A stretch of DNA of 64,000 nt. Source: Hyaloraphidium curvatum SAG 235-1. Taxonomy: Eukaryota; Fungi; Monoblepharomycota. The DNA is taken from positions 62,001 to 126,000 of the forward strand of contig JAIVFI010000045.1 of assembly GCA_025558095.1 (NCBI GenBank), read 5' to 3'. Below the pieces are notes generated by a model. The model was given only the letters and a program-made list of their open reading frames with translations, had not been told where the DNA came from and did not search any database. The position numbers and the translations under genes are program-made. Positions 32,485 through 43,650 of this stretch are shown one piece after another (positions within the stretch are counted from its first letter, which is position 1; each line of letters begins with the position of its first letter).

Positions 32485-33303
32485 ATGCGCGCTTTGGACC
32501 TCGCCGACGTCGCCGCGGTGCGCGAGGCCCGCACCGCCCGCGCCTCGCGCCGCCCTCCCCCGTCGTTCCCCGCCAAGCCCCCGCCGCTACCGACCCCGCC
32601 GCCCGAGACCCCGCCCGCGGACGCTCAGCGAAACCTTCTACTCGCCCTTTTCCCAGAGCTGGCGACCGAAACTGTGGCCGCGGGCGAAAAGGGTGCCGCG
32701 ATCGGCCACGCCGCGCTGCCCACCGGCCTTCGCACCCCGCAGCAACTGGACATCTCCTCCCCAATCTCCCCGATCTCCGCGGACTCCGCCGCGCTCTCTC
32801 TTTCCGCTCGCGACGTCTACGGACCCGCGGCGTCGGACGTCACCCCGGCTTCGAGCCTCCCTTACCAATCGACTCTTTCACACAACGCCATCCCCGCCCC
32901 CACCCACCTCACCCCGTCGAAATCCCCCCACCCGTGCCTCCACCTCGACTGCTCCATCATCCATGCCTGCTTCGGCCTCCCCAACCAGGTTCCCATCGCC
33001 TGCGCGCAGCACCGCACCCCGGCCATGCACAACCTCACGGGCCGCGGCCGCCCCCGGAAATCGCCCCACCCGTCGCGCTCGCCGGAGCGCGTTTTCGAAA
33101 ACGGGAAGGAGAAGGAGGCGCCGCGCGGTCGGTGCGGGGTGTGCGGGCGCAAGGGGGTGTTCGGTTCCTCGGACGGGGGGGAGAGGCGGTGCGCGGCGCA
33201 CAAGACCAAGGGGATGGGAAGAGCAGGGGCGGCGAAGGCGGGAAAGGTGGCTAAGGGTGAAGGGAAGGCGACGAGGCGGTCCGCGAGGGTGATCAGTGCG
33301 TGA
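32485..33303 (+). CDS. Protein with two EsV-1-7-like Cys/His repeats
   Basis: CLHLDCSIIHACFGLPNQVPIACAQHRTPAMHNL and CGVCGRKGVFGSSDGGERRCAAHKTKGM fit C..C..FG..CxxH....M. Basic C-terminal tail. Confidence 0.7.
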   Translation: MRALDLADVAAVREARTARASRRPPPSFPAKPPPLPTPPPETPPADAQRNLLLALFPELATETVAAGEKGAAIGHAALPTGLRTPQQLDISSPISPISADSAALSLSARDVYGPAASDVTPASSLPYQSTLSHNAIPAPTHLTPSKSPHPCLHLDCSIIHACFGLPNQVPIACAQHRTPAMHNLTGRGRPRKSPHPSRSPERVFENGKEKEAPRGRCGVCGRKGVFGSSDGGERRCAAHKTKGMGRAGAAKAGKVAKGEGKATRRSARVISA

Positions 33304-33714
33304 TCTCGGACATGAACGGGATTGGTCAACGCCTTTGGCTTGGTTGAGGCAGAGCGGACGCTATCACTATCGGCTATCTCTGATGACTATTGTAGAACAG
33401 ATCAATTATTTCCATTGCGTCTCCTCTTTGGTCCTCCCGTGCTAGTCAGAATCCGAGTGGCCGCAACGACTTTGGCGCCGTCGGAAGTTCACTTGGCCAG
33501 TTGAGTCCCAAGCGCAAGACTTCGCAATTTTCCGATTCTTCCCTTGGTTCTACTCCATCAGAATAGCAGCAAATTCGTTGTGTGAGTCTAGCTAGTCGAG
33601 ACACTCGCTGCATGCGCGTTTACTTCGCCTGTCATCTCAGTTCGCCACTCTGTCCCGTGACCATCCGCCGGCCGCTGCCGGGGCCTGTCTCGGGCTCACG
33701 AGCATCCACGTACG

Positions 33715-36163
33715 ATGTTTTCCTCTCCGCGAGCCCTTCCGCCGGGTCGCGCGACGCTCCGCGACCTCATCGCGGCGCTCTGCGCTGTGGCGCTCCTCCC
33801 CCTCGCGCACGGCGCTCCCGTCGCCATCACCGTAAACAAGACGTTCCGGCTCCGTTCGTACATCCGCAACAACCAGGGCATGAACCTCTGCGTCGACGTG
33901 CCGACCGTGAGCCCCCTCCCGAGCTCCAAAGGTGGCGGCTGACCTGGTCGCAGACGGTGGACCGTGCCCAGCTCATCGTCCAGGAATGCGCCTCCACCAA
34001 CTCCCAGCTCTTCTACATGTCCGTCAACCAGCAGGTCGTCCATTTCCCCTCGGGGCAGTGCGTCGACGTCGGCACGGGCCTGATCCTCGGCGAGGGCCGC
34101 GACCGGTCGGACCCGGGCAACTCGGTGCAGCTGTACCGGTGCACGGGGCTCGCGAACCAGCAGTGGGTGGTCGACAGCACAGGCAAAATTGCGTCGCTGG
34201 CGCCGCCCGGCGGGTGCATCGACCTCGCGGGGGGCACGGACTACGCGTTCCCGGGGCGGAACATCCAGACGTGGACGTGCAACTCCACGTTCGACGCGCA
34301 GAACGGGAATCAGGTGGGACGAAGCTTTTCTGCCTTCTCAGTGCGTAGAATCTGATCATGCTGGTCCTGGCAGGCTCGGCTTTGGTACATTGATTACTCG
34401 GATGCGTCACCGAGCACGCTGAGCACAGGAGCCATCGTCGGCATCGTAATCGGATCTCTTGCGGCCCTTGCTCTGATTGCCGGCGGCATACTCTGGCTTG
34501 TCATGAGCAAGCGCAGGGGAAAAGCCGCGCCGGATGTTTCTGCCGAACCCATCAGCGAGGAGAAGCCCGCCAAGGCCGCACCGGTGCTGCAGCAGCAAGT
34601 GGAAGCCAACAGCCCCGCCGCTCAAAAGGATCAGAATCCTCGTCAACTGCCCGAGCAGAGCACCGCACAGCCCAGCGCCATCTTTTCCATGTTCGGCGGG
34701 GACCTGAGACGCGGCGACAAGGCCGTGGACGTCTTCGCCCTCGCGCAGGCCACCGACAACCACTCCCCCGCCAGCGGCACCGAGGTGCCTCTGCGGATCG
34801 GCGACGCGGTCTTCGTGGAACGGGCCTTCGCCAACGGGTGGGCCTCGGGGACCAACCGGACCCGAGGGGGGCAGGGCTTCTTCCCGGCCGACTTTGTGCA
34901 GATCGTCCCCGAACGGGTCGGCTCCCTCGTCGAAGCGGCGCAGGCTCCGCCGCCGAACGAGGTGCATGCATCACCTGCCCCATTGCCTGCCGTGCTTTAC
35001 GCAGCGGAGCGGGCCTCGCCGTACGCCGATCCCAGGATCTCCCCGATCGGCCTCCCACCGCCCGCTGACATCCGGGCGTCGCCCGCCTTCGCGCCCCTGT
35101 CAGTATCCCCGACCGCACCCGCCCCGTCGCCGGACACAGCTGGGTTCTCCGTATCCATCCCCAACAACGGCGCCTCCCCGTCGGACGCCACGCCGATCCT
35201 CTCCCCCACCCAACCGCTCCAAGCCACGATGGGGTTCGCCACCGTCCAAGGCATCCCAGTGCAGAGATCAAAGCTCCTCGTGGGATCGGACGATGTCCGC
35301 GTCGACCGCTCGGCGAGGCTCGGCGGGGGCGGGCTCGGGGAGGTGTTCCTCGGCGTGCTGCGGGGGTCTACCAGGGTCGCGGTGAGGCGGCTTCCGGAGC
35401 CGATGGATCGGGAGACGACGGAGGTGTTTGCGAGGGAGGTACAGGGCCAGGAAGGGCTCGTGCAGCGCAACGGTGCGGGCTATTCGGCGATCGCCCGGCG
35501 GGATTGCTGCTGACTGTTGCATCGCCCCCGCTTTAGTCCTCCCGCTCCTCGCCTTCTCCCTCCAACCCCCCATGCTCATCACCGACCACCTGCCCGACGG
35601 CAACCTCCGTAACTTCCTCCTGGAAAGGGGCTGGGACCAGCCCCTGGGCCTCTCCCTCCTGCGCGACGCCGCGGCCGGGACCGCCTACTTGCACGCCGCT
35701 GGCATCGTGCACGGGGCCCTCCGGAGCACCAACGTCCTCGTGGACGGCACGCGGGCGCTGGTGTCCGGGTTCGGCCTGGCGGGCCTGCGGGAGAAGGTCG
35801 GAGGGGGTGCCACGGTCCGATCGGCGGCGCCGGAAGTGCTCGCGGGCGGGGGGGCGAGCAAGGAAGCAGACGCCTATGCGTTTGCGATGATGTGCTACGA
35901 GGTGCTGAGCGATGGCGCTCTGCCGTTCGAGGGCGCGTCGGACGATCTGGTGGGTGCCCAAACGTGCAGACTGCTGAGCCTTGGGGATCCTGATTGCGGA
36001 TGCCTGCCAGATCAAGCACGTCGTTGCCCAGGGCAAGAGGCCGTCGAGGCCGTTCGGCTCTCCGGATGCCTTCTGGGCCCTGGTGGAGAGGTGCTGGGCT
36101 CAGGATCCGAGAGAACGGCCATCTTTCGCGGACATCCGTGACGAGATGGCGCGTTTCTCGTGA
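33715..36163 (+). CDS. Receptor-like pseudokinase: signal peptide, ricin-B lectin, TM, SH3, TKL-type kinase fold
   Basis: Lectin: CVDV..C..NQQW repeats. TM: GAIVGIVIGSLAALALIAGGILWLV. SH3: EVPLRIGD..NGWASG..GFFPADFV. Kinase: GGGGLGEV, VAVR, HGALRSTNVL, SGFG, APE, CW..DP.ERPSF. Four introns. Confidence 0.88.
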
Positions 36164-36340
36164 TAGAAACCTGGTGTGTTGGCATCCAATGGATTAGGAG
36201 CTCCATGATTGATCATGCTGTGAAGTGGTCCGAATGAAGGCGCAGGCAGGCCATGGGAACGCGACACAAGCACCGCCATCGTCGAAGCCATATATTGGCC
36301 GCGCCTGCCATTGGAGACCGGCACCAGGCGCCGGGAACAA

Positions 36341-37060
36341 TCACTTGACCCTCACGACGGTCAGCCCGTCGAACAGCGGCAGCAACACCGACTCCACCCC
36401 TTGATCCGCCGCCACGTAATCGTTGAACTCCTGCATCAGCGCCGCCTCCTTCACCAGCTTCTTGTCCCCCGCGAACGGCGACCCTTCGTGCCCCCCCAAG
36501 ACAAGCCCGCGCCGAAGCACGTTGTCGCACAGGATCAGCCCGCCGGGGCGGACCAGCCCACGCTCGCGAATGGTGCGGTAGTAGGAGAGGTACCCCGGCT
36601 TGTCGGCGTCGATGAACACCGTGTCGAACGGGGAATCGGAGGGGAGAGAGAGCAGCGAGTCTAGCGCTCGGCCGCGGAGGACCTTGGCGCGGTCCGCGAA
36701 GCCGGCTCCGGCAAAGTTGCTTTCCGCGACCCCGGCGAATGCGTCCGAGAGCTCCAGCGTGACCAGCTCCTTTGCTCCGGCCTCGAGGAAGATGAGGGCG
36801 CTGCAGCCCGCGAAGCACCCGATCTCCAGGACCCGGCCCGGGCCCTGAAGCTTCGCGAGCACGTAGAGCAGCTGCGCCTCCAGAATTGGCACCAAGTAGA
36901 TCGCATGCGGAGCAGTCACAGGGTCCTCTGCGACGCGCTCGCGTGCGCGCGAGACCGAGGCGGGGATGGCCGCCGAGTGCTGCTGGGAATAGGCCTGGGA
37001 GGCCTCCGCGAGGGCGGGCGTGGCGGACAGCCACATTTTGGATACGGTTTTGTCGGTCAT
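36341..37060 (-). CDS. SAM-dependent O-methyltransferase (COMT/CCoAOMT-like)
   Basis: VLEIGCFAGCS, FDTVFIDADK..Y, GGLILCDNVL..G, LPLFDGLT. Confidence 0.93.
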   Translation of the reverse strand: MTDKTVSKMWLSATPALAEASQAYSQQHSAAIPASVSRARERVAEDPVTAPHAIYLVPILEAQLLYVLAKLQGPGRVLEIGCFAGCSALIFLEAGAKELVTLELSDAFAGVAESNFAGAGFADRAKVLRGRALDSLLSLPSDSPFDTVFIDADKPGYLSYYRTIRERGLVRPGGLILCDNVLRRGLVLGGHEGSPFAGDKKLVKEAALMQEFNDYVAADQGVESVLLPLFDGLTVVRVK

Positions 37061-37174
37061 TGCGGATTGCTGTCTGTTGATGGCGTGTCTGATTGTGGAA
37101 CGGCCTGTCGCGTTGTTGACCGATCAAGGGAGTTCCGGGACGCGTTCCACCTTCGATCAGGGCCGGCGCCGGAG

Positions 37175-38693
37175 ATGAAGCGCGCCGCGGGATCGATAGC
37201 GCGATGCGCGCGGTGCTCCCTGCGCATCGCTCCCGCGCGCCCTCCGCCCGCGCGCCGCGGCTTCGCGTCGGCCGCGCCCGCGTCGCCCGTGTCCAAATTC
37301 ATGACGGGGCTGGACAAGTCCGATTTCATCGTATCCGACGCGCAGAGGGCGCTTGCGCTGGGGGAGGTCAAGGACCAGCTGCAGGTCAAGGGTGCGTGGG
37401 CGCGGCCGGGAGGAGGGGCGAAGTTGACGCGTCTTTCCGGCACGGAACTTCCAACACCCCCGGCGGAAACAGAGACGAAAAAGATGAACCTCTGCCAGGC
37501 TGTGAACGACGCGCTGACGATCGCGATGGCGGCGGACGACTCGGCGAGTGGGTGGTTGGGCGTGGGCACCTGCCGCCGACTGAGGCTCACGCGTCGGGCC
37601 CCCACACAGTCGTGTTTGGGGAGGACGTGGCGTTCGGCGGCGTGTTTCGGTGCACCGTCGGGTTAGAAGAGAAATTCGGTGGGTGTCGGAGCGGAATGTG
37701 GGGGGCAAGGACTCCCGCTCACTTCCCCATCAGGCCGGGATCGTTGCTTCAACACCCCCCTGACCGAGCAGGGCATCGTCGGCTTCGCCATCGGCGCCGC
37801 TGCCGTCGGCACGACCGCCATCGCCGAGATCCAGTTCGCGGACTACGTCTTCCCCGGCTACGACCAGCTGGTCAACGAGGCGGCCAAGTACCGCTACCGC
37901 AGCGGCAACCAGTTCGACTGCGGCCCGCTGACGGTGCGGATGCCCGGGATGGCCGTCGGTCACGGTGCGCTGTACCATTCCCAGAGCCCCGAGGCGACCT
38001 TCCTCCAGGCCAGTGGGCTTAAGGTCGTCGTCCCGCGGTCGCCGATCCAGACCAAGGGCCTGCTGCTCGGCGCGATCCGTGATCCCAACCCCGTGATCTT
38101 CATCGAGCCCAAGATCCTGTACCGCGCCGCGGTGGAGCAGGTCCCCGTGGACGACTACGTGCTCCCCCTTTCAAAAGCCGAGGTGCTCAAGGAGGGCTCT
38201 GACATCACCCTGGTGGGATACGGGCCCCAGCTGTACGTGCTCGAGAACGCGGCGAGGATGGCGGAGGCGGAGATGCCGGGGCTGCGGTGCGAGATCATCG
38301 ACCTGCGGACCATCGTGCCCTACGACGCCGAGACCATCATCAACGTGGGCTGCCTGGCTGTGCCTCGCCCGGTCTAGGCGACTCATTCCTTCCCCGGCAT
38401 GATAGTCGGTCAACAAGACCGGCCGCCTCCTCGTCTCCCACGAGGCCCCCCTCACCGGCGGCGTCGCCCAGGAGATCGCCGCCACGGTACAAGAAGCCTG
38501 CTTCCTCCGCCTGGAGGCCCCCGTGGTCCGGGTGTGCGGATGGGACACGCCGTTCCCGGTGAGTTGGGCCGGGCCGTGCCGTCGGTGTGAATGGGAATGA
38601 CACGCACGCGGGTGACAGCTGGCGTTCGAGAGGTTCTACCTGCCCAACATCGTCAGGTGCTACGAGGGGATCGTCAAGGCGATGAAGTACTAG
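37175..38693 (+). CDS. BCKDHB: Branched-chain 2-oxoacid dehydrogenase E1 beta subunit, mitochondrial
   Basis: [70 protein letters not shown]; Arg-rich presequence. Confidence 0.96.
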
Positions 38694-38960
38694 CGTGCGC
38701 GTGCCCCCGCTGGTGACCGCGGCGGGCGTGTGGTGATTTGTGCATCCTGCGCTGTACCCATCGGACAACCATCCAGCAGCGGCCGATCCGGGTGGAGATA
38801 AGCGCTCACGACCGCACAGGCAGTAGTTGATCGCCATGCTATTGCTGCCTGGGAGTAGAGGCGAGCGTCGATGCCGTCGTCACTGACATCAGCGGGACTC
38901 TAGTCACCGCCCCCGTGGCCTAACCAAGTCTGCTGCCCCACCGCCCGACGCAAAGCCAAC

Positions 38961-39539
38961 ATGCCTTCCGAATCCGATCCCGCCGACGACGGCCTCGGCG
39001 GCGTCCCCGCGCCGGCGCCGTTACTCACGCCGCGCCTCTCCCTGCGGCGGTGGACGCGCGCCGACGTGCCGGACCTGCTGGACCTCGACGACGACCCCGA
39101 CGTCGTGCGGTTCGTCGGCGGCCCCGAACCCCGCGGGGAGCGCGAGGCAAGGTGGCGCGCGAGGGAACCGAAAGACGTGCCCAAGATGGTCGTCCGCGAG
39201 CGGGAATCGGGCGCGTTCGTCGGCTGGGTCTACGTCGCGCCGTTCCCTTCCCGCCCGGGGCAATGGGAGCTCGGATACCGCCTCAGGAAGGAGCACTGGG
39301 GAAAAGGCTACGCTGCCGAGGCGGCGGCACCCCTGCTGGAATGGGCGTGGACGCGGCCCGAGATCGACGCCGTGTTCGCGGCGTACGACCCCTCCCACGC
39401 CGCGTCGAGGAGGGTGATGCTCAAGCTGGGGATGGAGGACGGCGACGGGGTGGTGGAGTACCCGGAGGAGGACAACGCGGCGTTTCCGTACTGCCTGATT
39501 CGCAGGCCGGATGCCGTTGAGAAGGGGGCGGCATCTTGA
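38961..39539 (+). CDS. GNAT acetyltransferase (RimJ/RimL type), intronless
   Basis: LLTPRLSLRRW, DPDVVRF, ELGYRLRKEHWGKGYAAEAA, SRRVMLKLGM. Confidence 0.92.
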   Translation: MPSESDPADDGLGGVPAPAPLLTPRLSLRRWTRADVPDLLDLDDDPDVVRFVGGPEPRGEREARWRAREPKDVPKMVVRERESGAFVGWVYVAPFPSRPGQWELGYRLRKEHWGKGYAAEAAAPLLEWAWTRPEIDAVFAAYDPSHAASRRVMLKLGMEDGDGVVEYPEEDNAAFPYCLIRRPDAVEKGAAS

Positions 39540-39891
39540 AGACTACCTTGGCGGAGCTCACTCAGCCCGAAGGGGTCCCGGTGACGATCCAGCATTGAGT
39601 CCAACTCGTCGGATGCCAGCACGCCTGTCTATCCATGGGCGCCGTGCCATTTTGTTGCAGATGTCCGCTCGCGAAGTCAGCGGGCTGACAGTCGCGGGTC
39701 AACGGATTCATCCCCGACGCTTCGTGTCTGTTTCTGCGGTTCTTGCGATGGGCAGTAACAGGGACAATGGCTCGATAGAAAGGTTACACGATGACGATGC
39801 TTGTGTCAGGTTTCGTGGCATGTCCAGCCCCCTGCGCTCCTATCCGGGCAGGCAGCCCGCCGAATACCCTCAATCAATCCTGCCGGCAAGC

Positions 39892-40864
39892 TCAGAGGCC
39901 CCAAGCCACCGCCACGGCAACGGCAGCGACCAGCGCCGCCATCTGCGACAGCGGGTGCATCGCCCCGGCACCCGAGGGGACCGACGTCGACCTCGCCGGC
40001 GCCTGCGTGGTCTCCTGCGCCGCAGCCGACGTCGTCACCGGCACCGGCGCCGCCGAGCTCGTCGCCACCACCGCTGCCGTGGTCGTCCCCGCCCTGCTTG
40101 CCGTCCTCGACCTCGTCGCTCCCCCCCTGGCCACGAACTCGACGTTCCTGAACCTGACCCCCGTCGAGCTCTGCCGGGGCACCTCGCCCCCCGCGCGGCC
40201 GGCGGGCCAGTTCTCGTAGCGCGAGGTGTAGTTCATCACCATCGCGAGGAAGGGGGTCGCGTTGAGGGCGTCGGCGAGGTCGGGGGTGGGGACCTCGATG
40301 GTGCGGGGGACCGGCCAGGAGCCGACGGGCCAGTTCTCGCCCCAGCTGGCGGAGGAGGGGGGGATGGGGGCGGGTGCCGGCGGGGTGACGAACAAGGAGC
40401 GGCGGAGGTGGGGCATTTGGAGCCGGTCAGAGCCTGTTGTGCGCTGCAAGCAAGGACAGCCCCACGCTCCCGAAGGGCAGCTCGCGTTGCCCCCGCAAAA
40501 GTCCGTGTAGTCCTTCACGAGCACCAGCACGGTCTCCCCGTTGGTAAAGCTTCCAGAGGCATCCACCGTTGAGAGGTAGATGCTCTCTACTCCCTGGGGG
40601 TCGCGGATGTTGGTGTCGGCGACCGAAGCGACAGAGAGCGGCGCGGTGGTGCCGGCGGCGAGGGTGATGTTTATCGAGTTGATCCAGGGCTGCTGCGGGT
40701 CGGGGAACCTGCACGGTGGCGGCCGGTCAGATGCCTGGCTCTGGTGGCTGCGGGGACGGGGGTTACCAGAGCAGCAGCCGTGCGTGCGCGCCGGCCGGCG
40801 CCAGGAGCAGCGAGGCCAGCAGGCCGGAGGCGGCGAGCAGCGCGCCGCTCCGCAGACGGGGCAT
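39892..40864 (-). CDS. Secreted, probably GPI-anchored hypothetical protein
   Basis: Signal peptide MPRLRSGALLAASGLLASLLLAPAGAHA, one intron, a Cys-containing domain, an S/T-rich stalk and a hydrophobic C-terminus. Confidence 0.75.
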
Positions 40865-41026
40865 CTCGGGGCCAGGTGGGGAGCAGACGGGGGCGCAGCG
40901 GGCTTTGGCGGTTTGATTTGGCTCCGCCGTGTTTGTGTGGGACGCACGCGGGTGACGTTGCGGGTTAAAGGTTTCTCGACCTACCGGAATCCGCTAACGA
41001 GAAGTCGCTGGCCTCCATCCCTCGCG

Positions 41027-41849
41027 ATGTCCCGGCGCACGCTGTTCGTCGCCGGCTTCGGCTCCGGGACGCGGGCGCGCGACCTCGCGCACGAGTTCGA
41101 GCGGTGGGCCGCCCCGCCGCGCCGTCCGGCCCCGCTGACCCGTTCCCCCTCGCCCCGCCGCGACCGGTCGCCGCCAACACCGCCGTTCCCCGCGTCCGTC
41201 GCGCCTCCGTCGAACCGAAAACGCCGGCAGCTACGGCCGCCTCGTCCGCTGCGACATCCCCGCCCCCCGCAGCTCGACCAGCAAACCGTACGCGTTCGTC
41301 GAGTTCGAGGACCCGCGGGACGCCGACGACGCCTACTACGAGCTGCACGGGCGGTCGCTGGACGGATACAAGCTGAGCATCCAGGTACCTTCTTCCCGCC
41401 GTCCGCTGAAGGGGGTTTTCTGACGCCTCGGGGGCAGTGGGCAAAGAGCCCGCCCGCGAGGGGGGAACGCCGGCGCAGGTCCTATTCCCGCTCGCGCTCG
41501 CGCTCCCGCGGCCGCCGCTCGCGATCGAGGGACCGGGACCGGGACCGCCGCGACGTGGGTCCTTCCTTCCCGCCGACGGGTCCGCTGCTGACCTTTTGTG
41601 AAGGGTTCGCGCGACAGGGACCGCCCCGACCCGCGGGACAGGTCGCGCTCCCCCGCGCGCAGGGAGAAATCGCCGCCGCGGGGGCGGTCGCCGACGCCGC
41701 GGGATCCGGCGCCGGCGGAGGAGGAGCGGAGGGAGGAGGGATCGGCGGCGGGCGAGAACGGGGCGGAGGGGAGCGTGCCGAGGGAGGCGTCGGGGAGCCC
41801 GGGGAACGCGGATGGGGAGAACGGGACGCAGGACGGGCGGGATGATTGA
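41027..41849 (+). CDS. SR-family splicing factor (RRM + RS domain, Srp1-like)
   Basis: TLFVAGF..TRARDLAHEFER|YGRLVRCDIP..YAFVEFEDPRDADDAYY..|WAK..RSRSRSR. Three introns. Confidence 0.92.
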
Positions 41850-42139
41850 GGGATTGGTCAAGGATGGCAAGGACTTCAAGGGAGCCGACGAGGAAGGAAT
41901 AGAAGAACCGCAGCGCCGCCGTTGCTCCGGCCGGATCAACGCCCGAACAACGCCCGTAACCGCTGAGCCCGGCCAGACAATGGCATTGGCTCTCGAAACA
42001 CGAGGCGGAGATTTTTCGACTAGGAGATCTCTTGTATCTCGGGCACGGGGGAGGTTGATGGACGCGGCACAGGCGTATGTCGGGCCACTCAGCAGAAGCG
42101 ATGGAGAGAGCTTCAATCGATTGCCAGACACAGCGCTGC

Positions 42140-43431
42140 CTACTGCCCCAGGTTGAGCAGCAGCGTCTGCTTCTGCCCGTCCTGCCCGCCCGGCAGGTAC
42201 GTCACGTTCCTCGCCGCCGACAGGGTCCCCGCGATCTCCTTGGCCGCCTCGATCTTGCGCAGCTCGATGTGCCCCATCCCGGCCTTCTTGTACGCGTCCG
42301 AGATCAGCTGCGCGGCGGCGGCCTCGCCCTCGGCGCGGATGACGACCGCCTGGCGCTCCTGCTCGGCCTTTTCGACGACGAAGCGCGCGCGCTCGGCTTC
42401 CTGCTGCGCGATCTGCTTCTGCTCCACGGCGTTGGTGAATTCGCGGCCGAAGGTGAGGTCGGTCTGCCGGACGTGGGGGATAGGGGTCAGTTGCGGCGGC
42501 GGGAAGCCGGGAGGGAGGGGAGGGAGGAAACCCACAATGGCGACGTCCTCGAGAACGATGTTGAACTCGCTCGCGCGCTTCATCAGGTCCTCGGCAATCC
42601 GCTGGGACACCTGCACGTCGCGGAGAAAAGGGTGCATCAGCTCCTGTTCCGAGAGGCGATCCCCGGTTCCGGCCCGATCCCCGATCCGCGATCCCGTCCC
42701 CCTCCTTCCCAACGACAAGGCTCAGGGCGCCGGACGATGAATCCGGCGCCTCACTCTGTTGTGATCACACTCCCCGGAGGGTTCGAGGTGAGCTGGGTAG
42801 AGTGTCTCCTCTTTGCCTCCCTTCCTTCCGTCCGCCTCCCGCGGTTTCCACCGCCAATCGAGCACCCAGGTTACCCACCTGCTCGCGCTGCGTGATCAGT
42901 TCGCTCGCGTCGAACTGCGCGACGATGGCCTTGAGGACCTCGTTGCCGATGGAGGGCAGCACGCGCTCGTCGTAGTCGAGGCCGAGCTGCTTGTAGATGT
43001 CGGGCAGGTGCACGAGGTCGGGGCGGTGCAGCACGCGGAGGGAGAGGGAGATCATCCTGTGCCGACCACGTCAATCAGTAGTGTTCACCGAAATTGGCGG
43101 AAGGGCCAGATCACGCACTGCATGTCCTTGGAGCCGGTGGTGGTCGCGATGTTGCGCGGCCGGGTGCGCGTGTCCATGATGATGGCGCGCTGCAGCCACG
43201 GCACGAGGAAGTGTGTGCCCTCGGGCGCCACGTCGGGCAGCACGCCCCGCAGCCGGTCGAAGATGACGGCGCGCTGGCCGCCCTCGACGTTGTACATCGA
43301 GTACTGTCGGGAGCGGGGTCAGGGCGGGAAGGGGCATCGCGCGGCCGCCGCACCTGCAGGCCCGTCACGGCCACGCCCAGCGGCAGCGCATAGCGCGCGA
43401 GGCGGTTGAGGATGACCTCCGGATTCGCCAT
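42140..43431 (-). CDS. PHB1: Prohibitin 1
   Basis: [85 protein letters not shown]. Confidence 0.96.
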
Positions 43432-43650
43432 CGGGGAGGACGCAAGCGGGCTCGCGGGAGGCCGTTGGTTGTTGGATCGTCAATCCCTTGTCCGCACGGC
43501 TGCGCTGGCTGCTGATCCCGTACCCCCGAACTCGGCGGTCGGGCGAAGAACGCGGCTAGAACACTAAGCGGCACATCGTTCACTTTCCATCTCCCTAAGG
43601 GCGCGGGTTAGTGCGGCTTGAGCGCCCTCCCGCCGCTCCATCGCGTCGCA

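Noticed and set aside
37390-37475. Apparent non-canonical acceptor in the first BCKDHB intron
   Set aside because: A downstream canonical CAG preserves the frame, and in-frame retention is also possible.
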